From an uncultured Methanosarcinales archaeon (GTDB taxonomy: Archaea > Nanobdellota > Nanobdellia > Woesearchaeales > WJKV01): DNA of 42,390 bases. A program made the translations under genes and the position numbers. This document shows, piece after piece, positions 17,869 to 26,203 of the stretch; position 1 is the first letter of the stretch; each line of letters begins with the position of its first letter. The stretch lies in contig CAZNVD010000004.1 of the NCBI GenBank assembly GCA_964576505.1, positions 29,225 to 71,614 of the forward strand. The letters are read 5' to 3'. A model generated the notes under the pieces. The model worked only from the letters and a program-made list of their open reading frames with translations, searched no databases and was not told where the DNA came from.

Positions 17869-18201
17869 ATGATCTTTTATGTCACGAAAGCTTTACCGTT
17901 TGATAAACTAAGTAACAAATATTCAATTTCTGAAAAGAGAATTAAAAAACTGAGAAACAAATTACAAATTAATCCTTTTGTGGGAGACCTACTTCAAACA
18001 CCAATACTGAGAGAAAAACGCTTTGATGGAAAAAGAGTATATTTTCTTGTCTTTGCTGATGAAAAAGTCGTTATTCTTGTCGCAATAAGCAATAAAAAAG
18101 CTCAGCAAGAAACTATTGATAACATCATCAGCATGATTCCACAATATAAACAAACTGCAATAAATATTCGTGTTAAATTAGAACGTACTAGTCAAAAGTA
18201 G
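17869..18201 (+). CDS. RelE/ParE-like toxin
   Basis: Basic 110-aa protein with L..NPFVGD.L...LREKRFDGKRVYFLV....VVILVAIS pattern. Confidence 0.7.
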   Translation: MIFYVTKALPFDKLSNKYSISEKRIKKLRNKLQINPFVGDLLQTPILREKRFDGKRVYFLVFADEKVVILVAISNKKAQQETIDNIISMIPQYKQTAINIRVKLERTSQK

Positions 18202-18421
18202 TACTTCTGCCTTCTTGCAATTCAACCAATGTTTCCTTGAATGCATTAAGAATTTCCTCTTGTGAAGCATCTTTAGATTCCTTAACCTTTTTTTGTTTGC
18301 TGCGAAATACAGTAACTCTGCCTGCTTTAATATCTTCAAGAGACTGTTCGAATTGCTCGACAAGCTCCATATTAACACCATTCTTTGGATTCTTTTTCTT
18401 TTCTAAGACGGTTTGTGCCAT
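18188..18421 (-). CDS. Small antitoxin-like protein with a duplicated motif
   Basis: ELVEQFEQSLEDIKAGRVTVF and EILNAFKETLVELQEGRSTTF; own TATA and palindrome upstream. Confidence 0.7.
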   Translation of the reverse strand: MAQTVLEKKKNPKNGVNMELVEQFEQSLEDIKAGRVTVFRSKQKKVKESKDASQEEILNAFKETLVELQEGRSTTFD

Positions 18422-18468
18422 AAAGTAGTGGGTAATTTCAGTATTTATTAATCTTATTGCGGATTTCT

Positions 18469-18481
18469 TGGACTTAGTCCA
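18469..18481. promoter_or_regulatory. Palindrome TGGACT-T-AGTCCA
   Basis: Centre 54 bp upstream of the minus-strand ATG at 18421. Confidence 0.75.
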
Positions 18482-18496
18482 TGATTAAGGAGAGAA

Positions 18497-19990
18497 TTAA
18501 CTATTAGATACAGAATAATTTCTTGCCAATAACATGTGAGTCTTGGAAGCATTGGTTTGATTTAATTTCTGAAGGACTACTGAGACCTGAGCATGCGTTT
18601 GGGCTCTCGTAAAATTATCTGCAGGTAATTTCAAGGCCTGGGCTAAATATACCAGGGAATCTTCTGTTTTATTTAGCTGGAAGACAACAGATCCCAAATT
18701 ATGCCAGAGCAATGATGAGTCTTTGCCAAAGTATTTGGCAGCTTCTATATATGTTGCTTCTGCCTGAGTCCAGTTCTTCTGATCTGAATAGTATTTTCCA
18801 AGGTATAACCAGGTTTCATATGATTGGGGATTCTTTTGAAGTGAAGATTGCCAAAGTAAAGCATTGTCTAAATACAAGGCATTTGTATATAATGTCTGAA
18901 TACCAAAGAATACAGAAATAATAAGCAGGAAGATTACACTTAATGGAACAAGATATTTCTTTTTTCCAGCAACAAATTCAATTTCTGGCAATTTCTGCAA
19001 TAAATATGCAATAATGGTACTCAAAAAGAGAGATGGGATATAGAGCATTGTATCAGATAAAAGAGGACCAAGGGAAAGGAATGATGGTATAGAAATGATT
19101 AAAAGCATTGAAAGAAGGAAGAAGCCAATTGATTTTGATTTTCTCAATACGAAAACTGAAAGGAGGAATAAGATAACTAATGCAACAGCTGTAATAATTG
19201 CAGAAAAAGAGATTGCTGTTGGAACAGTAACAGTGTAATCAGGATTCAATGTCCAAGGCATTATGTAATGGAATAATGATAAGATAATGAGTTTTGATCT
19301 AACAACAAGATATAGACCAAATTGTGTTATGAGAATCTGCTTGAATAAGGCGGCTTGTTTTACTATTACAACTAGTAATGTAATTATGAAGGCTGAAGTC
19401 CAGAAAATTATTGTAGTAATGTATTTATGCGATTTGCTAACATATTTCTCATACAAAAGAATTGTCAAAGGTAATGCAAATGTTAAAGGATGGAGAGCGA
19501 AGGCTGCGAAATATAATGCAATTGATCCAAGTAATGTGTAGGGAATATATCTTACTTTTAATGAACCTTGTTTCAAGTACAAGAGCAAGGATAAAAGAAG
19601 GCAAAAGGTGGCTAAAAGCAAGGACGTGCCTGTTGGAACTGGAAGCACTGATGAAACTAAAGGATGAAGCATGAATAATAAAGAGGAAGCGACTGAGACA
19701 AACAGATTTGAAGTAATAATTGTGAGAATGATGAATAATAAGATTGTGTTTATTGTATGAAGAATTGTGTTTGGGAAATGAGGAAGGATGATTTCTGATG
19801 AGCCTAACCAGTTTGAAGCAGTAATATTGTATTTTTCTACAGATGAAATTTGCGATGAAGGAATAATTGTTGAGTTAAAGACAATAGTTGGTGAGCCTAA
19901 TGAGAAAGATTGAAGATGGGATGAATAAGCCTGCATCAGAATACCTAGAACTATGAACAGAATAAGGTAATACCATTTATTTGATTGCAT
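18497..19990 (-). CDS. Multi-TM membrane protein with C-terminal TPR (TMTC-like GT-C glycosyltransferase, divergent)
   Basis: Many hydrophobic helices, LH..N, LLFMLHP, PWTLNPDY, LYIPS, LWQSSLQKNPQS followed by TPRs; ATG 19990 preferred over 20101. Confidence 0.75.
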   Translation of the reverse strand: MQSNKWYYLILFIVLGILMQAYSSHLQSFSLGSPTIVFNSTIIPSSQISSVEKYNITASNWLGSSEIILPHFPNTILHTINTILLFIILTIITSNLFVSVASSLLFMLHPLVSSVLPVPTGTSLLLATFCLLLSLLLYLKQGSLKVRYIPYTLLGSIALYFAAFALHPLTFALPLTILLYEKYVSKSHKYITTIIFWTSAFIITLLVVIVKQAALFKQILITQFGLYLVVRSKLIILSLFHYIMPWTLNPDYTVTVPTAISFSAIITAVALVILFLLSVFVLRKSKSIGFFLLSMLLIISIPSFLSLGPLLSDTMLYIPSLFLSTIIAYLLQKLPEIEFVAGKKKYLVPLSVIFLLIISVFFGIQTLYTNALYLDNALLWQSSLQKNPQSYETWLYLGKYYSDQKNWTQAEATYIEAAKYFGKDSSLLWHNLGSVVFQLNKTEDSLVYLAQALKLPADNFTRAQTHAQVSVVLQKLNQTNASKTHMLLARNYSVSNS

Positions 19991-20048
19991 TGAATCTTTA
20001 CTGCAGGATTTTATATAAAAAAATATGTTTGTACTTGAGAAGGACAAA

Positions 20049-20061
20049 TAGACTAGGTCCA
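20049..20061. promoter_or_regulatory. Degenerate palindrome TAGACT-A-GGTCCA
   Basis: Centre 24 bp before CTTATTAA facing the AbrB-MazF operon; ATG spacing differs (95 bp). Confidence 0.45.
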
Positions 20062-20123
20062 AAAAAGGGAAGGCTAAACTTATTAAGAGTAAAAACCTCA
20101 CATAATAGAAAGAAAAGACATAT

Positions 20124-20143
20124 AAGTAAGAAAATTCTTACTT
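20124..20143. promoter_or_regulatory. Inverted-repeat operator of the AbrB-MazF operon
   Basis: AAGTAAGAA-aa-TTCTTACTT just before the ATG. Confidence 0.6.
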
Positions 20144-20149
20144 GTGTCT

Positions 20150-20407
20150 ATGACAATCACAATGGTTACAGTTTCGGAAAAAGGACAAATTGCAATACCT
20201 AATTCAATCAGAAGTAAAATTGGCATTAAAAAAGGAGATAAATTACTTTTAGTTCAAATAGATGATAAAATAATACTTGAGAAATCCAAACATATAGAAG
20301 ATAAGATGAAAGATAGCATGAAAGACATTTTATCATTAAGCGAAAAATCACTCAAGGAAGTTTGGGATAATGAAGAAGACGAGATTTGGAGCCAATATCT
20401 AAAATGA
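20150..20407 (+). CDS. AbrB/MazE/SpoVT-family antitoxin
   Basis: TVSEKGQIAIPNSIRSKIGIKKGDKL; C-terminal LSEKSLKEVWDNEEDEIW. Confidence 0.9.
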   Translation: MTITMVTVSEKGQIAIPNSIRSKIGIKKGDKLLLVQIDDKIILEKSKHIEDKMKDSMKDILSLSEKSLKEVWDNEEDEIWSQYLK

Positions 20408-20742
20408 ATGTCAAACAAAAAGAACTAGTTTTGCTGCGGTTTCCTTTTTCTAATTTGGAAGGAGGCAAAGTGAGACCTGCACTAGTTGTTTCAAATAACT
20501 TATTCAATAACAAATCTGATGATTGCATCATGATTCCACTTACAAGTGTGATTAAAGATGAACCATATTCAAGACTAATCAAACAAGAAGATTTGGAAAT
20601 CGGCAAATTACTCAAAACCAGCAGAGTGAGGACTGACAAAATATTCGCAGTTGAGAAAAATCTTATTGAAATGAAAATTGGAATATTACATAACGACTGT
20701 TTTAATAGCATTAGAAAACAAATATCCAGCATATTTGAATAA
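20404..20742 (+). CDS. PemK/MazF-family toxin
   Basis: LVLLRFPFSNLEGGKVRPALVVSN, PLTS, SRVRTDKI; ATGA overlap with the antitoxin. Confidence 0.92.
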   Translation: MNVKQKELVLLRFPFSNLEGGKVRPALVVSNNLFNNKSDDCIMIPLTSVIKDEPYSRLIKQEDLEIGKLLKTSRVRTDKIFAVEKNLIEMKIGILHNDCFNSIRKQISSIFE

Positions 20743-20751
20743 AAATAAAAT

Positions 20752-21387
20752 ATGGAACCTGTAGCAACCCAAGATAAGACATTCACATTCTATAATGAGA
20801 AGTATCAGGAGCATTATCATCATCCATTCGGAGCTGCGACTGAGGCTATTAAAAAGTTTGTAGAGCCAAGTTTGCCCCATATTAAAGATAAACAAAAGAT
20901 TGTTGTTTATGATGTATGCTTTGGGCTGGGATATAATGCAGCGGCTTTGCTTGATGCAATTGCAGGAACAGATAAGACTGTATTAGTGTATGGATTTGAG
21001 ATTGATGAAGAAGTGTTGGGGCAATTGAAACAATTAGAAACTCCGTTTCAATCGTTTCATAAGATTCTAGAAGCTATTGAGAAAGGAGAGTATAAAGATA
21101 AGAATGTTACAATAAAGATGGTTATCGGGGATGTGAGGTCAACATTGAAAGGTATTGAGAAGGCAGATGTTGTGTTTCATGATCCGTTTTCAGTGTCAAA
21201 GTGTCCTGAATTGTGGACACCTGAATTCTTTGCGTTATTGTATAAGAATATGAATAAAGGCGGAATGTTGACAACATATTCATGTGCGCGGAAAGTACGG
21301 GATGCAATGAGAAGTGCAGGGTTTATTGTTTCTGATGGACCAATTGTTGGAAGAAGGGGGCCGGCGACGGTGGCTGTGAAGGAGTAA
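20752..21387 (+). CDS. MnmC-like (MnmD domain) SAM-dependent tRNA methyltransferase
   Basis: TFYNEKYQEHYH, GA..EA..KFV.P, DVCFGLGYN, HDPFS..KCPELWT.EFF, LTTYS. Confidence 0.85.
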   Translation: MEPVATQDKTFTFYNEKYQEHYHHPFGAATEAIKKFVEPSLPHIKDKQKIVVYDVCFGLGYNAAALLDAIAGTDKTVLVYGFEIDEEVLGQLKQLETPFQSFHKILEAIEKGEYKDKNVTIKMVIGDVRSTLKGIEKADVVFHDPFSVSKCPELWTPEFFALLYKNMNKGGMLTTYSCARKVRDAMRSAGFIVSDGPIVGRRGPATVAVKE

Positions 21388-21389
21388 AT

Positions 21390-21710
21390 TTATGCTGCTA
21401 TTGAATTTTCTTCTTCTAATGACTTTAATTTTTCTATAACCAGATCATCATACAATTCTATCAATTGCTTCGCAGCAATATTATTTTGATTGATTTTATA
21501 TAATGTTGCTCTTCCAATTTTTCTGGTAATTGTAATAACACCGAGATGTAAAAGCTTAGGAATTTCTGTATTTAATGTTCCCCAGCTTACACCTGCGTTA
21601 ATTAAATCAGTCAAGGTGTAATCTAACTCTCTTCCTTCTATAAAGAACTGAAGAATTCTCATCCTAGGATTGTCTCCAACATAATCTAGGAAAATTGATT
21701 CAGATTTCAT
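21390..21710 (-). CDS. Winged-helix DNA-binding protein
   Basis: GDNPRMRILQFFIEGRELDY, AGVSWGTL, TRKIGRATLYKIN. Confidence 0.75.
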   Translation of the reverse strand: MKSESIFLDYVGDNPRMRILQFFIEGRELDYTLTDLINAGVSWGTLNTEIPKLLHLGVITITRKIGRATLYKINQNNIAAKQLIELYDDLVIEKLKSLEEENSIAA

Positions 21711-21802
21711 ATATCTAAGTAAAAATAAAGAATATAGAGTATTTAATTAATTTAATTCCGAAAAGTTTATATATTATATCAGAGTATAACTAAAGTATAA
21801 CT

Positions 21803-22012
21803 ATGGCAAGCGAAGTTGTTTTGAGGAAATGGGGAAATTCATTGGGAGTAGTTCTACCAAAAGAACTTGTTGAAAACAAAGGACTCCATGAAAAAGAAGT
21901 AATTTTAATCGAAGTTGTAAAGGAAGCTAACCTGAAGGATGTATTTGGAAGTCTTAAGAGAAAAATGTCAGGTCAGGAATTTAAGGATCTAGTTAAGCAA
22001 GGGTGGGAATGA
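21803..22012 (+). CDS. AbrB/MazE-family antitoxin
   Basis: LRKWGNSLGVVLPKE; preceded by direct repeat AGTATAACTA x2. Confidence 0.9.
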   Translation: MASEVVLRKWGNSLGVVLPKELVENKGLHEKEVILIEVVKEANLKDVFGSLKRKMSGQEFKDLVKQGWE

Positions 22013-22377
22013 AAACCTTCTTTTTTGACACTTATGCTTTCTTTGAGATAATAGAAGGAAATCCTTCATACAATAAATATTCTGAACATGTTGCAATTGT
22101 TACCACCAAACTTCAACTCATGGAATTGTATTATGGATTACTCAAGTTATATGGTAAGCATGAAGCTGAATTTATGTACGATCGATTTGTGGGCTCCGCA
22201 GTTGAGATATCTAATGAAGAAATTAAAGCTGCGATGGATTTCAGACACAGGCATTCTAAAAAGAAATTCTCGTACATTGATTGCACAGGGTATGTATCAG
22301 CACAAAGACGGGGGATTATGTTTCTCACAGGAGACAAAGCATTCGATGGTATTCCAGGAGTAGAATTTGTGAAATAA
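22009..22377 (+). CDS. PIN-domain (VapC) toxin
   Basis: FFDTYAFFE, LMELYY, FSYIDC.GY, FLTGDKAF; ATGA overlap. Confidence 0.9.
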   Translation: MKTFFFDTYAFFEIIEGNPSYNKYSEHVAIVTTKLQLMELYYGLLKLYGKHEAEFMYDRFVGSAVEISNEEIKAAMDFRHRHSKKKFSYIDCTGYVSAQRRGIMFLTGDKAFDGIPGVEFVK

Positions 22378-22414
22378 ATTTGACTGATCAAATCATTATT
22401 ACTTTCAAATTAAC

Positions 22415-24181
22415 TTACTTATGTTTTGAATGATACTTATTCCACAAAGTTTTGAATTCTTTTGAAGTTTTCATCAATTCTTTTTGAGTGCCTGAGGCTA
22501 TTAGTTTTCCTTTACTAAACATTAAAATGCGATCAAAGGCTGGAAGTAGGTGTAATCTGTGCATGGCTGAGATAATTGTTTTGTTCCTGAACTTTTTCAT
22601 GATTTCTGAATATATCAAGAGTTCATTTTGTGCATCTACACTACTTGTTGGTTCGTCTAACAATAGAATGGGCTTGTCCATGGCTGCTAATAATCCACGG
22701 GCTAATGCAAGTCTCTGCTTTTCTCCGCCACTCAGATTGACACCTTTTTCTACTATGGATGATTTTAATCCTTTTGGTAAACGTTTCACAACTTTTGTAA
22801 ATTGAGCCATATCGATGACTTTCTTTATGGTTTGTTTGTCATAGTTAATGCCCAAGGTAATATTTTCTTCAATTGTTGTTTCAAATATTTCAGGATCTTG
22901 CGGAATTAATGTAATATGAGATTCTATTCCATGTAAACCACCTTTTACATGAGTATTGTCAACTAATACTTCAACGTGAGAGGGATCATACAAAGCCCTT
23001 AGTAGTTTGAGGAAGGTTGATTTACCGCTTCCACTTTCTCCGATTAATGCGATTCGTTCGCCATTCTTGATGTCGAGATTTATGTTGCTTAAATGAAGTC
23101 TTTCTTTATGAGTTAAATATGAGAAAGACAGATTGTTGATAGAGATATGTTTCCAGTTAGTAAGATTTGCTTGCTTGATCTTCTTTTTGTCAGCGAATTG
23201 TTTGGTGATTTCTCCTACATTTTCCAGAGCTGCGCTCAGAACTGTAAGGTCCTGCCAGTTTTCAGCAGCATCCCTGAATACGGCATTAAGTCTATTGATG
23301 TAACTGAACAAGGCACTTACATAACCAATTAAGATTACGTTTCCTGCGCGGTAATTTGTATAAATATAAGTTGCCACAACTACAAAAGAGATAAGTCCGG
23401 CAACAGTATCAACAACAAACCATCTAAACTCATTTAGTCTTGAGCGTTTCATGAAGGCCGAATAGGTGCTTCTTAATGCAGTAGTAATTTCTCTGAATAC
23501 TTGATTCTCGAGGCGCAGAGTGATGACTGTTGAAATATTTGTTATGATGTCGTAAAGTTTTGCGGCAATTCTATTTTTAATTTGCAAAATTTGTTTAGTA
23601 TGCTCTTTTAACTTTCTGTCAAGCTGAAGTAGTAGTGGTACCCAGATTACAATAAGCACTACTGCAAGATAGCTTGCCTGCAGATTAAAGAAAAATATTG
23701 CGCCAAGAGACATGACAAAATTCAGAATGAAATCAACATATTTGTATGATCGGTCCGCAAAACCATACAATCCCCCGGCTGCAGCATTTATGCGTTCAAG
23801 AGTGTCGCCTGAATGATGATAAGTATGCCAACCTAATGGAAGAAGAATTGTTCCTTCCATAAGATATTTTCGATAGTTAATATCCATGGCAAACGCATTC
23901 TTTCTTTCCAGAATTCTAGCTGGTCCATGAAGACACCAGAACAATATCGATATTGTCGGTAATAAAGCTAGAATGCCAATGAGTTTCATTATGTTTGTCT
24001 GGTTTACACCCTCAAATTGAATTGTATTGAGAAACCAGGCAGTTACAAGAGGTTCGGCAAATCTTAGTACGCGGGCTAGTAACCGGATAAGCAAATTGAT
24101 AATTACCAGATGCCTAGTTCCTTTGGAGAATCTCCAGTATGTTGAGACAATCAGAGATATAGGGTTTCTACCAGAAGACAT
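22415..24181 (-). CDS. ABC transporter fused permease/ATPase (exporter type)
   Basis: N-terminal TM domain, GESGSGKST, LSGGEKQRL, LLLDEPTS, HRL. Confidence 0.93.
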   Translation of the reverse strand: MSSGRNPISLIVSTYWRFSKGTRHLVIINLLIRLLARVLRFAEPLVTAWFLNTIQFEGVNQTNIMKLIGILALLPTISILFWCLHGPARILERKNAFAMDINYRKYLMEGTILLPLGWHTYHHSGDTLERINAAAGGLYGFADRSYKYVDFILNFVMSLGAIFFFNLQASYLAVVLIVIWVPLLLQLDRKLKEHTKQILQIKNRIAAKLYDIITNISTVITLRLENQVFREITTALRSTYSAFMKRSRLNEFRWFVVDTVAGLISFVVVATYIYTNYRAGNVILIGYVSALFSYINRLNAVFRDAAENWQDLTVLSAALENVGEITKQFADKKKIKQANLTNWKHISINNLSFSYLTHKERLHLSNINLDIKNGERIALIGESGSGKSTFLKLLRALYDPSHVEVLVDNTHVKGGLHGIESHITLIPQDPEIFETTIEENITLGINYDKQTIKKVIDMAQFTKVVKRLPKGLKSSIVEKGVNLSGGEKQRLALARGLLAAMDKPILLLDEPTSSVDAQNELLIYSEIMKKFRNKTIISAMHRLHLLPAFDRILMFSKGKLIASGTQKELMKTSKEFKTLWNKYHSKHK

Positions 24182-24216
24182 TATCGGGTTAAATCAAGAC
24201 GAATTTAAAAAAGTAA

Positions 24217-25104
24217 TTATTTAATTTGAACTAACTTTCTCTTTAACAAACAAGTTTGACAGATTTCTTTTGTTGTGGGAGCGCCGCATTGTTTGCATTC
24301 AAGTACTTCAGTCATGTCATTCTTGAATTTCTTTTGCAACTCAGGAATCATTTGCAACAATCGTTCCATGAGTTTCATCTTTACACCAGATTCTCTCATT
24401 TCCCATTCGTTTAATGCGTCTCGGACTTGGGCTCGGAATGATTGGACTGCGTAAGGACATTCATTGAATTCTACTGGAAGTTTTTGTATCAAGCAATATG
24501 CCATGATTTCTCTCTCTTGACACATATAGAGTGGTTTGATTCTTGGCAGAAAATGTTCGTCCTGAATAATGCCGGAGCGGGGTCCTTGCCTCGCGATGAG
24601 GAAGGGTTGATTCTTCAATAAATTCATCATGAAAGACTGGACTTCGTCATCTAAGTTATGACCGGTTGCTATCAGGTCTACACCTTTGATACTATTGAGA
24701 AGAGTTCTTCTGAATGTTCCACAATATGAACAAGGTTTGAAACTTGGATGCTTTTTTACCAATGTGTCCATGGTCATTCCAATCTTGTCTGAGTATGAAC
24801 TGATTTGCAATGGAATATTACGTTCTTTACAGAATTCAGTAAGATTATGTAATGTTTTATCTCTATAACCTTGGATTCCTTCGTCAACTGCGAAAGCATG
24901 TATTTTGTATTTTTTTGACAAAATGTGGAGTAGAACGGTGCTGTCTTTGCCTCCGCTTGCAGCAACTCCTACTTCGTCTGTCTTTTTTATTAATTTGAAG
25001 CGTTTAATGCAGTCAAATACCTTTTTTTCAAATTGTTCTGAAAAGTGAGCACTACATAATTTGTTGTGGACACTCTTTTTCCGGCAGATAGTACAAAGAG
25101 CCAT
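24217..25104 (-). CDS. ttuA: tRNA 2-thiolation protein TtuA/Ncs6 (TIGR00269-like)
   Basis: SGGKDS PP-loop, CSYC, TGHNLDDE, RIKPL, CPY; terminal Zn fingers. Confidence 0.88.
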   Translation of the reverse strand: MALCTICRKKSVHNKLCSAHFSEQFEKKVFDCIKRFKLIKKTDEVGVAASGGKDSTVLLHILSKKYKIHAFAVDEGIQGYRDKTLHNLTEFCKERNIPLQISSYSDKIGMTMDTLVKKHPSFKPCSYCGTFRRTLLNSIKGVDLIATGHNLDDEVQSFMMNLLKNQPFLIARQGPRSGIIQDEHFLPRIKPLYMCQEREIMAYCLIQKLPVEFNECPYAVQSFRAQVRDALNEWEMRESGVKMKLMERLLQMIPELQKKFKNDMTEVLECKQCGAPTTKEICQTCLLKRKLVQIK

Positions 25105-25302
25105 TTATCCTCCAGAGACTACTGAGAAAATTGTTACTTCGTCTTTGTCTGTGAGTTTTTCATCTAATTCAACTATTGCGCCGTTTTTTGCAACCAATAC
25201 TTCAACCGGATTTATATTTAATTTGCTTAATAGCTGTGTAACTGTGCCTGAGAATTTTAGGTTCTTTGTTTCAGTTCCTTGTCTTTTGATTTCTATTTTC
25301 AT
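25105..25302 (-). CDS. ThiS/MoaD/SAMP ubiquitin-like sulfur carrier
   Basis: 65 aa ending in VVSGG; adjacent to ttuA. Confidence 0.9.
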   Translation of the reverse strand: MKIEIKRQGTETKNLKFSGTVTQLLSKLNINPVEVLVAKNGAIVELDEKLTDKDEVTIFSVVSGG

Positions 25303-26144
25303 GTTGTAATTTTGTCAATCTTCTTTTTCATTTCTTTTGGAAGAGCGATGATTGGTCTAAAAGTAGGACGAACTAATTCTTCTCTTAGATCAGGGAAGGT
25401 TTCAGCTGTGACCAGGGCAGAAGCCTGACGACGAATCATGAATTCTGCAATTTCATTGTCTTTGACTGAATGGACTACAAGTGGAAATGGTGAGAATGGT
25501 TCTAGCCTTTTACATATTTCATCTGCTATTTTTCTGTTTGATTCATCCAGAATAATTGGAAGAACACGGCATCCTCGCTTGAGCATTAAATACATGGAAT
25601 ATAATGCGTCTGGTTCTGCAATTAAGACTGCAACAGTTCCTTCGATTCCGACTGGTAAACCTCCAGGTCCTTGGAATACTTGGGTGAATATAGTAGCTTT
25701 ATCATGGATCTCGATTCCAATGGTGCAATCAGGTTTTGTGCAATCAACTTTCAGATGATAGGTATCTGCAATGTGGGCACCTACAATAGTACAGATTTCC
25801 TGAGATGGAATAAGGTTTTTTACCAGCCTGCGACAGGCAACTTTGAATGATTTTACTTTTCTTAATTTTAATTCGGCTTCCATTGTTTGACTTGCGCATT
25901 TAATGATGTGATCCATTGCACATTCTGTTTCAACACCTGGTGAGCATGATGATACGCCGCAAGTTTTTGTTATTGCTGCGATTACTGATTCAGATGGTTC
26001 ATCTGATTCTATGTATAATCTTCCGCGTCGTCTCATGACTTTGCCTTTTACTTTTTTTCTAAGGTTTTCAACTAGCTGAATCTCGAAGTCTGCCCGGTTT
26101 GCTCCTTTGGTTCCTATCTCTCCGTAACGGATTATGTATTTCAT
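25299..26144 (-). CDS. thiI: ThiI-like THUMP-domain protein with degenerate catalytic domain
   Basis: IIRYGEIGTKG.NR..FE, THUMP domain, GPGGLPVG, KRGC, FRPI; the PP-loop SGGIDS is absent. Confidence 0.8.
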   Translation of the reverse strand: MKYIIRYGEIGTKGANRADFEIQLVENLRKKVKGKVMRRRGRLYIESDEPSESVIAAITKTCGVSSCSPGVETECAMDHIIKCASQTMEAELKLRKVKSFKVACRRLVKNLIPSQEICTIVGAHIADTYHLKVDCTKPDCTIGIEIHDKATIFTQVFQGPGGLPVGIEGTVAVLIAEPDALYSMYLMLKRGCRVLPIILDESNRKIADEICKRLEPFSPFPLVVHSVKDNEIAEFMIRRQASALVTAETFPDLREELVRPTFRPIIALPKEMKKKIDKITT

Positions 26145-26203
26145 GGTATTTTTAAGCTGTCAGAGAGAAAACGTTTTTAAATGCTTTCCCTCTAAATGGG
26201 ATT

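Noticed and set aside
9719-18481. Palindromes as CRISPR repeats or Xer dif sites
   Set aside because: They are only 13 bp, separated by whole genes, with no cas genes. dif sites have 11-bp arms around a 6-bp spacer, not a 1-bp centre.
19991-20101. N-terminal extension of the TMTC-like ORF
   Set aside because: The region holds TATA boxes and a palindrome for divergent promoters; ATG 19990 fits better
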